Part shown: one piece after another, positions 1 through 13,680 of the stretch
Numbering within the stretch: position 1 is the stretch's first letter
Layout: every line of letters begins with the position of its first letter
Assembly (NCBI GenBank): GCA_023515725.1
Contig: JALDTO010000237.1
Coordinates: 417,573-481,572, forward strand
Direction of reading: 5' to 3'
DNA length: 64,000 nt
Source: Amoeboaphelidium protococcarum X5
Taxonomy: Eukaryota > Fungi > Aphelidiomycota
The notes under the pieces: generated by a model
Told to the model about the DNA's origin: nothing
The model's input: only the letters and a program-made list of their open reading frames with translations
The model's database searches: none
Position numbers and translations under genes: made by a program

Positions 1-238
1 TGATAATTTTATGGCCTATTAGCGCGGCGGCAAGACGGCGTATGACTAAGTAACTGATTTCCGTGAGGCTCCTCAAGACCGAACTAAGATTGGACCTATG
101 AGCGAAAAAGATAGGAAGTCAATCGATGCTTTGAAGCAAAATTACCAGTAAACTCAGCAGGAAGCTCTTGACAAAGGAATGACTGAACCTAACAACAACT
201 AGGTCCCATATCTAAACCGTGCTGCAGAAGAATAATGA
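1..238 (+). CDS. 3' end of a paralog of the adjacent Pro/Gln-rich secreted protein (5' part lies outside the window)
   Basis: Frame 2 with TAR=Gln reads DNFMAYQRGGKTAYDQVTD...QNYQQTQQEALD...NNNQVPYLNRAAEEQ*. This aligns with the C-terminus of 805..3054. TGA at 236-238. Confidence 0.85.
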
Positions 239-804
239 TCTCTTGTTGTTAAAATTTTTTTGACTGATGATGAATTTGAATAATATAATGATCTGTTTTG
301 GTACTTAAGTTTTGGCAGTTTACTGTAATCTTTACCTGTCTTAGGTCGCCCTCGATGCAGTACCTATTTTAATCGATTGTCTGTCACTTCTATGCGGATC
401 AATTTCATTTTTTTATCTTGAATCATTGCGAATAATTATTGTTACTCTTCCAAAATAAGGTCCCAGGATGTTTGAATATTTTGATTGCTGTACAGTTGCT
501 GGATGCGGCCATCGAGACGCGTTCAATACTGCTTTCATGCTTTAGTAGATTGTGATTGGATCGCTCACAATTTCGGTGTCACATGTTGTACACAACTCTC
601 TGGAGATAGCAATTGGTCAATGGAGCAAGTCGCACCATGAGTACAAAATGGTCAGCACTTTCGGAATGATTAGCTGGCATCCAGTGATAAATCTGCTGAA
701 TCTTGGCATTGCAACACTAATGATTCCACAATAATTGGTAGATACCTCATCTCTGCCCATCTCATATTCTGTCTATAATATCTCCACTGTTATTCGTGTT
801 CAGA

Positions 805-3054
805 ATGATAATATCCAAAAAATGTCTAAGTGTTGCTAGTTTGTTGTGCATTGCGTCCGTGTTATATGTTGAAGCATTGCCTGCTCAGCCTGTTAATGTT
901 GCTCCCATTCGACTTTTCAAGCGTGATCCTGCTCCAGCTGGTAGATCTTAGCCTGGTAACGGCGGCAGAGCGAAAGCTGCTACTCCTAAGGCTACAACTC
1001 CAAAATAAGCTGGCCCAAAGGCTGTTACTCCTAAAGCTGCTACTCCAAAACCGGCCGATACAAAGGTTACTACACCTAAGGCTGCAACTCCCAATCTCGT
1101 AAAGCCGAAACCTTAAGTAGCTCCAGCTCGACCAGTAAAAGGAATCTAAGAGCCTAAAGCTGCAGCTCAACCTCAGAAGCCTGGGGGTACAACTGGCGGT
1201 GTTGTTGCTGCTCAACCTCAGAATCCTGCGAGCATGGTCGGTCCGGCAGCTATTGGTGCTGGCGCTGCTCCTATTCAGGGTTAATAAGGTGTTGCAACTA
1301 CCAATACCGGCGCATAGTAATAACAGCTTTAATAAGCCGCGTCTGAATAACGCGCGGCACTACAGAATGAATAGCGTGCTGCCCAAGTCCCACCACAGTC
1401 ACCTTATCAGTATCAGGTCGCGTAGCCTGCTCAAGGGCCTATTTTCGATACTGCTATGGGCATGGCGGATTAAGCTCCTGCTCAGAATCCTTAAGAATTA
1501 CAGGGACAGCCCATCCCGGTCTAAAGCTCCGTCGGAGTTGATGGAGAGCCTGCTGCCCCTCAGACTTCAATGATGGAGAGCCAGCCCGCTCCCATGGTTG
1601 GTGATTTCCCTTTCGTTGACGGTGGCTCCGGGTTTAATAATTTATTTGGTGGGGCTGATCCATAGTTGCAAAGCATAACTCCGTAAGCTCCAGCTGATCA
1701 ATCGTAATTGCCTGTACAGTAGTAGCCTCAAACCCCTGTTCCTCCTCCTCTTTCGCCAGATTTGTAAGTTCAGTAGCCTCCTGCTTCTCCATCTACTCCA
1801 CAGCAAGATGTATAACAGCCTAAAGCTCTTTCTTTTACGCCAGAATAGCCAGCTCAATAACCTGCGCTGCCATTAACTGAAGGACAATCTCAAGGTACTT
1901 TGGGTGCGAGTCAAGACCAAGCTTAGTAGCCTTCTGCTGGTTCGTCTGATCCTGAAACATTGACTGTTGATTAACAGAAGCAGTAGTAGTAGTAGTAGTA
2001 GTAGTAGTTGTAAGGTGTTTAACAAGAATAGTAGCCATTGCCTTCAAGTGATCCTCCGCCTGGTTCTCCGGAAGCCCAGTTAATGCAGAGTGTGCGAGAT
2101 GGTGAATAAGGCTTCGAATTTGATCCTGACACTAAGTAATGGACTGATCCTGCTACTGGCCAAAAATTCTAAGAAGCTAACAATCAGCTCACTCCTATAC
2201 CTCTCTCTGGAAATCCTCCGGCTAATCCTGATGTCGGCGGGCAGAATCCACCCACTTCTGGTCCACCAAATGCATAGCAGCCTGCTACTGACTTTGCTGG
2301 ACAGCCACAAACGCCTGGTACACCTCCTGGAACTACTCCTGGTACTCCGCCTGGCACTCCGCTAGGTACGCCACCTGGTTCTTAATCTCCTCCGGCTCCT
2401 CCAGGTGCGTATCGCGTCTAGTCTCCTGGATCTACCTAGTCGGCAAGTTAGGCTGGTACAGGTGGAGCTATGCCTATGCCTAATTCTAATGCAGTTAAAA
2501 CAGCAGCTTAGAAGGGCGTATAGTCCGAAATCTAGGATCCTTAATAAGCATAAGATGCCATGGCGTTGTATTTAGGTGCCGTTGGAACCGAAACTAGCGG
2601 TGGTCAGAACATGCCTAATGATGCGGATTAAGCGCGACGTGGTAAGCTGGGCAATGATATGGAAGAGATAGGTCCAGCTAGGATTGGTCGCGGCCTTTGG
2701 AAGAGAATGGGCTATTCTGAGGAAGAGATTCAAAGAATCAAAGCTGATGGTAATGGCGCTTATGCCAATGAACAGTCTGCAAGAGTTTTCGCCAAGGGAC
2801 CTCAAGAGCTTGGTGGTATGAGAAACTTTATGGCATACTAACGCGGTGGCGTTACGATGTACAATTAGGTTACCGACTACCGTGACGCTGCTCCTGGTAC
2901 TGAAAGGAAGCCATTGTCTGCTGAAGACGAAGGTCATCTGAATGCTCTGACGCAGAATTACCAGCAGACTTAGTAAGAGGCTCTAGACGGTGGTTTGACT
3001 GACGTTAATAACAACCAGGTTCCATATCTGCAAAGAGCTGCAGAGGAAATATGA
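805..3054 (+). CDS. Secreted Pro/Gln/Ala/Gly-rich low-complexity protein (~749 aa) with a conserved C-terminal domain
   Basis: MIISKKCLSVASLLCIASVLYVEA signal-like N-terminus, then LFKR (Kex2-like site), ATPK and GTPP repeats, and a (TAG)n polyQ at ~1981-2007. ATG 805 and TGA 3052-3054 are in the same frame. Confidence 0.85.
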
Positions 3055-3236
3055 ATTTTGGATTTAAGATTAAGTTTATCTCATTCAGTGCTTCGTCGTT
3101 TTCTGATACTGTACTTTTATAGAGACTTGCAGTATTTTTGACTTTCTCAACCATAAGCCCATTTCTCCTTACGCCTAATATAAGAAGAAAGCACTAATTA
3201 GTTAATATATAGGCGATATTTATCATGAACAGATCG

Positions 3237-4061
3237 TCATTATTACAATGAAACACCTACATCTTCGCGACAAATGCAACACTGCCGATTCTACTTGAGC
3301 CAGATTTCGATACAATCCTTATGGAATGCGTGTAGGCAGGATGGAAGAATCATCAACTAATCGCCCAGTTCATATTTGCTCATACAAATTGCACACTCTT
3401 TATGCTCTAGACTATTCGTATATGGAATGACCGGTATTAAATCAAATTCGCGCTTAGTCAATCCTCGCTAAACATTACCAATCTACTAGCCAAGTTCCAA
3501 AAGATCTTCATACGATTCAGCAGGTTCATCATTGTTATATGTACCAAATGCTGCACTTAATAGATTAACATCATCCAAGAGCATCTAGGACAGAAGCCTA
3601 AGCTCCATTGACTCTTCATAAAGACGATCGATTGATGGTGTCACCAAAATTTAAGTATCGCGAATTCGACGGTGACGGTGATCCTGCCTGTTTCTCCAAC
3701 GCTGTAACAAACCGTGCCTTCGACGTGGAGACGGCGTGAGATTCCTTTAATATTACTCGCTGTCCAAATCTCCAAAGTGAAATAGGCTATTCATAGGATC
3801 CTAATAAGTACTTGGTATAAGCGATAGCTCAGGAGTATCGGACAATCTCTGCTACTACTCTGACTCTGCCTGTAACATTTACTCTTGCAACGCCAAAGCA
3901 TACTCATAATCTCCGTCCATTCTCTTCTACTTGGCTCTATCCCTGCTGATATTCTCCGCCTAATTGTTAGCTTCGCCCACAATGATGATGTCAGAATCAG
4001 CGGTATCCTGTGTTAAATCAACCACGTCATCGCCGTTATCCTACCATTTTCGCTTCTTCAT
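3237..4061 (-). CDS. RING-H2 E3 ubiquitin ligase with SIM-like N-terminal motifs (RNF111/RNF38-like)
   Basis: C-terminal CAIC...CLHAFHKDC..W....CCICR. Preceded by ESYEDLLELGQQIGNVQRGL. N-terminal DDVVDLTQD and DSDIIIV. Confidence 0.85.
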
Positions 4062-4278
4062 CGGCTCTATGGGGCTCTCTGTCTCTCGGCTTTGAGGTTG
4101 ACTGACTGAAAAATGAGAAAGTCTTTGGTAGTCGAGTATCTTAAAGCGAATTGAAACGGATCAAACATTATAAATGTGTGAATCAAAAGTTAAGCCATAT
4201 CTCAAGATGAATTATAATATGTTTCGCTATCTGTTTAATGAAACAGTTCACCAATTATAATAATCAAAATCTATGTAG

Positions 4279-7200
4279 TCATACGTTGATCATCTAACTG
4301 TAGAGACCGCCAAGTTCAAGCAACTACTCATCGGTACCTTTCTCCTCAACCTTGCCATCTTTCATGACGAATATAACATCAGACTACCGGATTGTCTTCA
4401 AGCGATGAGCAATGGTGATCACTGTGCATTGGCGCATCTGGCTGATGTAATTGAGAATCTTGATTTCATTTTCCGCATCCAGAGCAGAGGTGAACTCATC
4501 AAGTAGGAGTATTCGCGGTTTCCGTAACAGAGCTCGCGCTATACAAATGCGTTATCTCTCGCCGCCGCTTATCTGAATACCTTTATCTCCCAGTACAGTG
4601 TCATACTTGAGAGGCAGTGACTAGATAAAATCATAGATGGCAGCATTTTTACAAGCTTCATCAATGTCCAAGTCCGGCGGTAGATCAGGGAGTCCATAGA
4701 TGATATTTTCGCGAATAGATCTATTAAACAGTGTAGGTTATTGAGGGACTATGGCAATAAACTTCCGCAGATGAGATGCTTCAATCTTTCTAATATTGAC
4801 ATCCTCAATATAAATTGAGCCTTTAGAGGGACGGTAAAACTTTTCCAGCAATACAAAGATGGTCGACTTTCCGGAGCCTGTTGTACCTACAATGCCAACA
4901 TGCTAACCAGAGCGTATGGATATGCTCAGCTCATCAAGTATCAGAGCATCTTTCCGCTACGGATAATGAAATGACACGTCCCGGATCGAAATATTACCTT
5001 AAATATCCACTTGATGCATCTACTCCTCTGCAATCTGGATATCTAATGCTCCTTTGCGACCTTCAATGATTTTCAATAGATTTCTAGAGCCAATCGTAGC
5101 AGACGATAGCTGTGACGGAACACTGGCACATCCGCTCAGAGCGGAAGCACAAAATACTATAGAACTAAACACCAGCAACACTTAGTTGAATGTATAGCCT
5201 TAATCAACAAGGAATCGAGAACCTGCGTATATAATTGTGGCCTCGCACAAGAATATCAACACATCGAAGAGTCCATTGCCAAGAGACTGAGCCAGAGTCA
5301 TTATATGGGAATTTCTTATACTAAATTCTAGAGTCCGCCGGAACTAGTTCACCATCTTATGCTGCAAATTATAAGCACTAACAGTACGAATTCCATCGAC
5401 GCAATCTTTGGCGAGACTTTCTATGCGCTCATGATCAGCAATCACTTTACTCTCCGCCCTGTCGATAGCCCATCCCTGCAAACGAAGGGATAGAAATAAT
5501 ATAGGAAAGATGGCCAGCACTATTAACGTCAACTTCCAACCAGCATACAAAGCCAGACCAAGGCCGCCCAAAGATGTGGCCAACGCCTCAACTATATTAG
5601 GAACAACGTCGAATACAAAGTAATTGAGAGTTTACGTATCATCATTTACTCTAGTTGACAGCACAGCGGCAATGTTCTCAGGTCGATCAAACCAAGGGAT
5701 ATCTTTCTAAATTATGGATTAGAAGGTGAGTAATCGAGCTTGATGACAAATCTAGGCGCTCAATCTTCCGGTTAATCCAGTCTTTAACCCAGCCAGAGTA
5801 GCACGCACAACAGCAAAGATTATATATCCCAGCACCGCAAAGATAATTTGATTACGAATATCATCAGGATTTCCCAAAGAGTACGCGGTAAGAACAGTGG
5901 CTAGTAAGTATGAATAAACAGGATTCATGACTCCATTGAATAGAGCAATGTTCAATATAATGCCAAAGAAGAATCTGCTGTAGTTCAATTTTGCCAATAT
6001 GCGAGTGTATGGAGCATTCTTCGCCGTGACAAGCAAGGACTTTATGCTCTCAGCAACAGACACTCGACCGGTAGCGTGTGATCTCATCGAAATAGCATCT
6101 GATTATTTCTTCGCCACTTCACCAACATCATCATCATCTTACATCACATCCACTTCCTATCCTTGACTTTCAATGAGCTAGTTATACTTTCCACCAAGTT
6201 GGATCAATTCTTCATGCGAGCCTTATTCAACTACACGACCATTATCCATAACACAAATCTAATCAGCATCTTGAATAGTCTTTAATCTATGAGCAATGAC
6301 CACAACGCTAATATCGGGAAAGCTATCAGACAGTTCTTGGTACAATCTCTGCTCAGATATAACATCTAGATAACTAGTTCCCTCATCAAGGATCAAGATT
6401 TGAGGTTTTCGCAAGAGAGCTCTAGCCAAAACAATCCTCTGTCTCTATCCACCAGAGAGCTGACTACCAGACACTCCAACTTAGGTATCATACTTTTTAG
6501 GCAGTGATTCAATTACACTATGAATCTAGGTGATCTTACATGCCTCAATAACTTCTTCACGGCTAAGTGTTGTATTTACATTTCCCAGTAGCAGATTCTC
6601 ATAAATGGATAGATCGAAAAGAAAAGGCTCCTGACTAACAAGAGCTATCTATGACCTCAGCCAATTTAAATCAAAACTTTAGATTAAAGTTCCATCTATG
6701 ACAATCGAACCATCCTGAACTTGATAAAATCGCATCAACAAGCCCACAACACTACTTTTGCCGCTTCCACTAGCACCAACTATGGCAGTGAACTTACCCA
6801 TTTAAATACTCAGATTAAATCTGTCAAATATCGGCATCTCAGGTCGAGCAGGATACGCAAAAGAGACATTTCTGAATTCAATCTAATCTTGGAATATCAC
6901 ATCACGCTTTAAAGGATCGCGTGAATTCTTGTTCTACTTCTATACCGAGTCCATGTGTATAATTTCGAATAGATCCTCCGCTGAAGCAAATGCTAGAAAC
7001 ATATTATTAAGACTAGTCATAAAAACAGTCAAATTATGGAATGTCACCACCACCAGCATGAATATCTGGACTACATTCCCGCCAGTAATCTCACCAGAAG
7101 ATACAAGAATGCCGCCGTACCAGTATACAAGAGCATATGAACTGAGCAGGAACACGAAGAACGCCACGTTGTATATAGCCCACAAATTGTAATACGCTAT

Positions 7201-8574
7201 CGCTCTCTGTAATCTCTGCTCAGATAATTTGCCAAATTATGTCTGCTCCTCACGACTGCCATTGAAAGCAAATACAATCCGGATAGCCTCGAATATTTCT
7301 AATGTAAACTTTGCCATAGCGGATCGCGCCTTCTTCTACTAAATGGCTCTCTGTTGCATAAGTTTTCTAAAATATACCACAATCAGGATAACAATTACCG
7401 TGGAGGAGAAGAATACAGCTGCCAACTTTGGACTTAGTACCAGACCAACTACAAGTGCACATAGATCAGTGGCAATGCTCTTAATCGCTTTAGGTGCATT
7501 CATCTAAATTGCCTACCTGACAACCTTGCCTTCTGATATCAAATCTGCATAATTTCTAGACTTTTTCACTTTGCCCTTACCACCTGAACTCTTTATATCA
7601 CCATCTCCCTGCTTTTCATCTTCAGCATCATCAAAAAGACTGATATCTTATAGCAGGAGTGACTCAAAGAATTTAGTCACCAGGCGATGGTATTGCCTGA
7701 ATCCAGTCCATGACCAAAAGTAATTGCTCAAAAAGCTTAATACAAAGGCACCGCACGCGATAATTACAAAATAAATCACGTACATTGTGGTATTATCAAG
7801 AAACTGCTACTAGCTGATCTTTCCATTTCGAAATTCGCCAAAGTTGTCAAATATGAATCCGTATAGAAACGGAACCAAAGTGGCAGCACAGCCATACAGG
7901 AGAGAGAAGATTGCACCCATGGTCATCAGGATTTTATCAAATCTTTCAGACATCTAGAGTAGCTATTTGATAACATTCTACCGATTTCCACTTTATATAT
8001 TATCATCCGGGCCACCATCGACATGTGCTACTGCAGGATCAATATTATAACCATCAGGGGATTATGGACTTCTTGGACTACGAGGATAAGCACTCCAGGG
8101 AGATTTAAGTCGGGAGACTGCACTGAGAGGAGACTTTAAAAATCTATCAAAATCAGACACGTCCAGCTCGAAATCATTATCAAGTTCATGCAATCTAGGC
8201 AGCCAAGGACTAGGTATGGGAAGAGCCGACTTGATATTGTCTCCCAACTCAAACAATTGATCAATGTCCGGCCTGTATGGACTCGGCGATCTGGATTTAT
8301 TCTATTTCTACAATCTTCGGATGGATTTATTAGAGGCTGATTTAGAAGTCTTTGGAGCAGTGTCTTGTTGCAGTTGCTTATTCAGCTAGTTAGGAATATC
8401 AATCTTTATAGTGAGAGGCTTTGCAGGTTTACTATGGAGACTATCACGGAATGCAGGTAACCGATTGGGAAGCAGATTCTACTGAGACTGCATTTCCTTA
8501 AGTTCGATAGACTAGTTAACATTAGTATCGCTAGAACTACTACTCTACCCAGCATTTACAGACTATTCAGACAT
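4279..8574 (-). CDS. Full-size ABCB (MDR/P-glycoprotein) transporter, ~1431 aa
   Basis: Two TMD+NBD halves. Walker A GASGSGKS and GTTGSGKS, signatures LSGGQRQRI and ISGGERQRI, and IAHRL motifs. All fragments share one frame when TAR=Gln. Confidence 0.92.
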
Positions 8575-8848
8575 ATTCCACCCTCACTCACTTATCAAAG
8601 TCAACTGTTGTGATGCACAATCTGATCAATGTAACAATGTAATGGAAAATGAACAAAACTGGTTTAGATCGCCCGTTTAAGAGAAGAAATCGGTCGGGAA
8701 AGAGTTGAAACAACAAGACTTGAAAGGAAACAACAGCAATCGAGCACGAGACGATCGGTAATGTTAATCAGTACAGGTAGTACTACTACATGATTATTCG
8801 ATAATAAAACAAGAATTAATTCTAAACATACAGCAATTGCAACTAAAA

Positions 8849-10773
8849 TCATACTTAATCCGCCGGTAATGTTCGAGAAGAGACTACTTAAGTCTGTGAT
8901 GTGCTCTTGATCCTAGGCTAAGTAGTAAATCTCAAAGCAAAGTATCCAATGACGTGAAATGACACGATTAGAATCCACATGTATATCAAGCATTCCCATA
9001 TAGTCAGCGCAGTAATGTCGAAATATTCCAAAACTTGTTCGCCAGTTTAGAAGCATAGTGTGGTAGTTGGCGAATCTGAACACGCAAAAGCTAATCCAGT
9101 CATTTCATTTCGCATCAGTGCATTATACGCGTAGAAAGGAGGTGAAATGTAGGATACCCATCTCAGGGCGGGAGTTATTTAGTCTGAACTAACAACATTG
9201 CCAGCAAATACAATCATAATCAGAACGACCATTGGGGAGACAATGAGCGCGACTTGCAAATCTTTAATCAGTGAGCCGAATATCATGCCCAATGCTTACG
9301 CACAAAGCACCAGAGTTATGACAATCGTTAAGAATGTCAGAAACTTTTGTGGATCCTGCTGCATACCAGTAGCCCAATAAACTATCAAACTGAAGACAAA
9401 GCTCCCAATTAGAGCCTGCGGTAATATGGATATAACTTTCGCCATATAGAGACTGCTAACTCTATACGACACTGACCATCGTTCCCGGGTGATCATCTTC
9501 TTCTCTCTGGGCAACGCGACAGATAGAGGCATAACGAAGCCAAACATCTCCTGCGTGACTATAAAAAATATCAAGCCAATCCTTGACTAGACGGAAGACT
9601 ATCCAGTTCCCATGTTGTAAAATATGATTGACACGGCGATTGCAAGAGCCAGCGTTTGAACCCCAAATGCAATGAGCGCAGATTTGTAACGACGATAGTC
9701 TGTAAGAAATCTGCATGTCAGAATTTGACATTGCCTCACAGCTGATGGCCGAGATTTCCATTCATTAAATGTCGGTGTTGCATCACCATCTTCAACCAAA
9801 AGAGCTTCTGGACCAGTAATATCTTGAGTCCGCTGTACTGACCAACGCTATTTAAGATGGTCAATCATTTATTGCGATGCTGCTGAAGACTCTTCATTGT
9901 GCGAGTCAATAGTAGTGCAATCCAGTAGAAAATCAACTTGAGTAGATTCCTACTGATTAAATGTGATACCACAGCCCTGGAAAAACTCAATCGCACCATC
10001 CATTCTGCCAAAGTACACCTACTCTCCTTAGGACAGTAGCATCACCCTATCGATCAGTTTCATAATGAGATTTCGAGGCTGATGAATTGTTATCAAGATT
10101 GCTTTTTACTCAGTCTCGGCCATTCGCTTCAACAGTTCAATGATACTTAATGCAGTAAACGCGTCCAGCCCGCTGGTGATTTCATCGGCGAATATCATGG
10201 ATGGCGAAGAAATGAGTTCCATTGCAAGAGCAGTTCGTCTTCGTTCACCGCCACTTAGATTCTATATTAAAGTATTGGAACAGCCAGAAAGTCCTAATTA
10301 CATTAAAAGCTAACTAACGCGACGTTCCTTGATGTCATTATCTAGAAGCTTTGAGAGTCGAAGCATAGCGTGACATGATAGTGTCTCTTTAACTGTCAGA
10401 TGTTCCTGAAAAGTCTCAAACTATTCCACATACCCATGCTAATGTCTCCAATTTCTGCTTCTCTACAAACTGTGCTATTATCTATTGTATGATTTTCATA
10501 TGTAATGTTAAATCTTACAGGGCGACCGTCAGCTAGAATAACACCATCAACCTCACCATGCGTAACTCGTCCTGATAATGCATTCAACAGCGAAGTTTTA
10601 CCTGAGCCGCTGGCTCCAATAATGGCCACAAGTTCTCCTGGCTCCACATGTCCATCAACTCCTTTCAAGATTGTCTTGTATGTTGTTTCATCGCGTAGAC
10701 CGCGAGTTGATACACGTAGACGAAAGCGCTCTTTTACTCGATACTTGATATCATACCAGCAAAGTCCATACAT
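8849..10773 (-). CDS. ABCG (White family) half transporter; one intron 10463-10518
   Basis: [24 protein letters not shown] and TIHQPR, followed by a TM domain. A GT..TGTAG intron restores the frame to GYVEQFE. The start could be further upstream (in-frame ATG at 10887). Confidence 0.9.
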
Positions 10774-11009
10774 TGTTATATGGCTATTTTGACGAAAAAT
10801 TACTCGATATATGCGTAATTCGAATCTTTAAGTGGGACAAAATAATTCAAAACATAATGTCTGTAAAAAGTCGCACAATCTGGTCATTCCGACATGTGAG
10901 TCAATTCAATCATGAAAGGTCAACTTTGTCACCTAAATAACTTTTGTGAGAGACAAAAACTGATATAACAGGATGAAATTATCATGTTCTAGTCTAGTAG
11001 TAACTCTAT

Positions 11010-12218
11010 TCATAAATCCTCTTTCTCTTTACCCTTTTCTAGCACCATAGCTAAACGCGATCTATAATCGTCCCAATTGATATAGGCTCCAGATAAGCGC
11101 CTCTTACCAGTGAATCCACTGCGACCATGCATGACGCGGTAATTGTCGACAATGATAGCTTTCCCAGGCTACATCTTGATCCAGAACTCACTATCTTAAT
11201 GCACGACCAAGTCTCTCCATACCTTCAGAGCAGCGTAGAAATCCTTAATCTGACCGACTGTATAATTCTGTCCAGAGAGCACCGAGCGATCGTGATTGTT
11301 ATAACGAATCTGATAAACTTCCTTAGTAGTTGGATCTACCTGAATCAAAGGATATCCAACTGTTGGCGTAGGACGAATGAAAATGGACTCATCTCCAGCG
11401 CTGTGGGTTGGAATTCTGAACGTGGACAATGTTTTGAAATGCTGTGGATGCTTATCTCTAATGATATTAGCAATTCTGAATCCATCAACCAGCAGAGTTT
11501 TACCGCCTTCGCCGTGGTGATGCAGCAAGTGAAATAGCTACAGGCCAATTGGGTCAGTAAAGTAAGTAGAATCTGTGTGACCACCAATAGCTAAATTGGT
11601 GTATGCAGTATCTCCATGAGCCAGATTGGATGTGAAATCCCAAAATTAACCATAATGAGTTTCGCGAATGAATGCGATACGTCTAGCCAACTCCTCAGTC
11701 TTGACCGGATCTACAGGGACACCTGACACGTATCCAAATCCGTAGATATCAATATTCTTCAACCATTTAGCCAGCCCATCATCGGAGCCCATCACTTGAT
11801 CATAAGGAGTAACTGGCTCAGGTTCAGCTTTAATCTTTTTCACATCCCACAAGATTTTCGTGCGAGCTTGCACCAATTTTGCAGCCCCGGTCGGAGGATC
11901 GTAAGCATGACGTTTCAACCAGCCGATATCATAAGTACTCACGTGTCCATCCGGCCATGTAACGGAGACATTATTAGCATTGATACTCACAGACTTTGCA
12001 GTGATATCTTGTGGGATGGAGAAGGTGTCCACCAGCCGTTGCTTCGTAGTTGGGTGGAAACATTACTCGCATTTGCAGTGGTCGCGCAACCAAAATGCAT
12101 CAAAACGGCTCTTTACGTTACCCTCAAAGTGCACATCAACCTTGTTACCATCGATCTTTGATGATACGCTCATCTATTTCATCTATTGCTATTAATTGCT
12201 CCATTTAACTCTCTACAT
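11010..12218 (-). CDS. TMLHE: Trimethyllysine dioxygenase (TMLH/BBOX family 2OG-Fe oxygenase)
   Basis: WLRDHCKC..CFHP.TKQRL, FIRETHYG..WDFT, HTD, LVDGF, DNYRVMHGR and GAYINWDDY. The N-terminus and first exon are uncertain (an upstream ATG at 12324 is possible). Confidence 0.85.
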
Positions 12219-12638
12219 GGAGCATAATGTTGGCGATATGACTCCGAATTTGCTTGAGCAAAACCTACAATTAATACTGGATTGATTTAATTCTTAGCAC
12301 TAGACAATGATCATACCTCAACATGATGTGAAAATTTAAGCAGTTTACCAAATTATAACTACTTGTGACAGATTATGTAAAAGAGAAAGTATATAGCAAC
12401 TATAAAGGCAAAGAAAATAACTCTGCTTAGCAACAGAAGGTGGGTAGATTTACTGCACTGATCAAATTATCCTCACGATCGCTTCAAATATTACATTTTG
12501 CCACATTAGTGGTTCCCTGATAAGGATGATCATGAATTAATGCTTGATTCCAATTTCAAACGCCATATTCACAAGCATAAGCGGATAATAGTGGCTACGG
12601 AGAGTCACATGGCACCAATCTGCAACTAAAGCAGTAAA

Positions 12639-12712
12639 TCTCCTGTAGCTCAGCTGGTTAGAGCGTTCGACTGTTAATCGAGAGGTCGGTAGTTCAATCC
12701 TGCCCGGGAGAG
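12639..12712 (+). tRNA. tRNA-Asn (GTT)
   Basis: Acceptor stem TCTCCTG/CGGGAGA, D arm TAGCTCAGCTGGTTAGAGC, anticodon loop CTGTTAA, T loop TTCAATC. Confidence 0.95.
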
Positions 12713-13312
12713 TCAATTTCAATATCAATCACGATAGTCACTTTTTAGCACTTACTAGTCTTCATTTTAGCCTAGAGAACGCATGACTCCTTCCATCTAA
12801 GGTGAAATGGTTGACTTCATTACTCACTATCATGGCAGCAATCTGCTTTGTCCACATTATTATTATAGTTTACGCGCAAACATGATAATAAGCGCCCTTA
12901 TTATTGCCAAAACAATTCTCATCAATTCCTTTCGATTAAATTAAACGATCCACCGTACGCGCCATGTACTGTACATAGATCGACTTTGAATGAATATGCC
13001 GTATAGCTTCAATCAGATTTCAACTTGTTTAACGAAAATAAAAGAAACTTGCTCAATAACCGACTAAAATATCATTATCAATTATGCTTTTGTTAATGGT
13101 ACTTAACCTCCCGTATGTTCGGGTATATTTTGAAAACAAAGATCTGAAACACTTTTTGATCTTGACCAGTTGCTCGTCATGTGACTCGATTCAGCCGAGA
13201 TTCTGATTAAATACTCACATGATTCACAATTATAAGAGGATAAAGCTTCATCTTTTCTGCTAAATGTACTTCCGAGGGAATATTTGCAAAAACACCACAG
13301 CTATACTCCGAC

Positions 13313-13558
13313 TGTTAGATGTATTGACGGTTTCTCAGGTTATGAAGATTGAGTCGTTCGCCTGTGGCTGATCAAGGGGTCCGCCTCTGTTGACACGGTT
13401 CTTCGGATAAGTAGTTTTTAGGATTGGAATAGTGAATTTGAATAATTGAAAATAATATTATCTGGAAATAGTGTTTTCCATGACTGACAAATATGTCCAT
13501 TGGAACGGTGGTTCCCGTGTCTCTGCCAATACTAATTGTAAAAGCAGCCCACGTAACA
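13313..13558 (+). repeat. 5' LTR
   Basis: Direct repeat of 17081-17326, identical by eye. Confidence 0.95.
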
Positions 13559-13680
13559 ACTTGGCGCGTCATCACAGACATACAGTCTCGGACTATGGCG
13601 GTCACAGTTTTCCCTGTGGTTATTATAATTTTGGTGTATGTATTGAGTGCTTTGAAATAAATAAATGGCAATAACAAAAC

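Noticed and set aside
980-2380. Short periodic repeats as a CRISPR or satellite array
   Set aside because: They are codon-phased peptide repeats (ATPK, GTPP, polyQ) inside a CDS.
12639-12712. Suppressor or reassigned tRNA (TTA appears in the loop)
   Set aside because: The 7-nt loop is CTGTTAA, so the anticodon is GTT (Asn).
12537-12728. 63-aa ORF
   Set aside because: It is the antisense of the tRNA-Asn gene.
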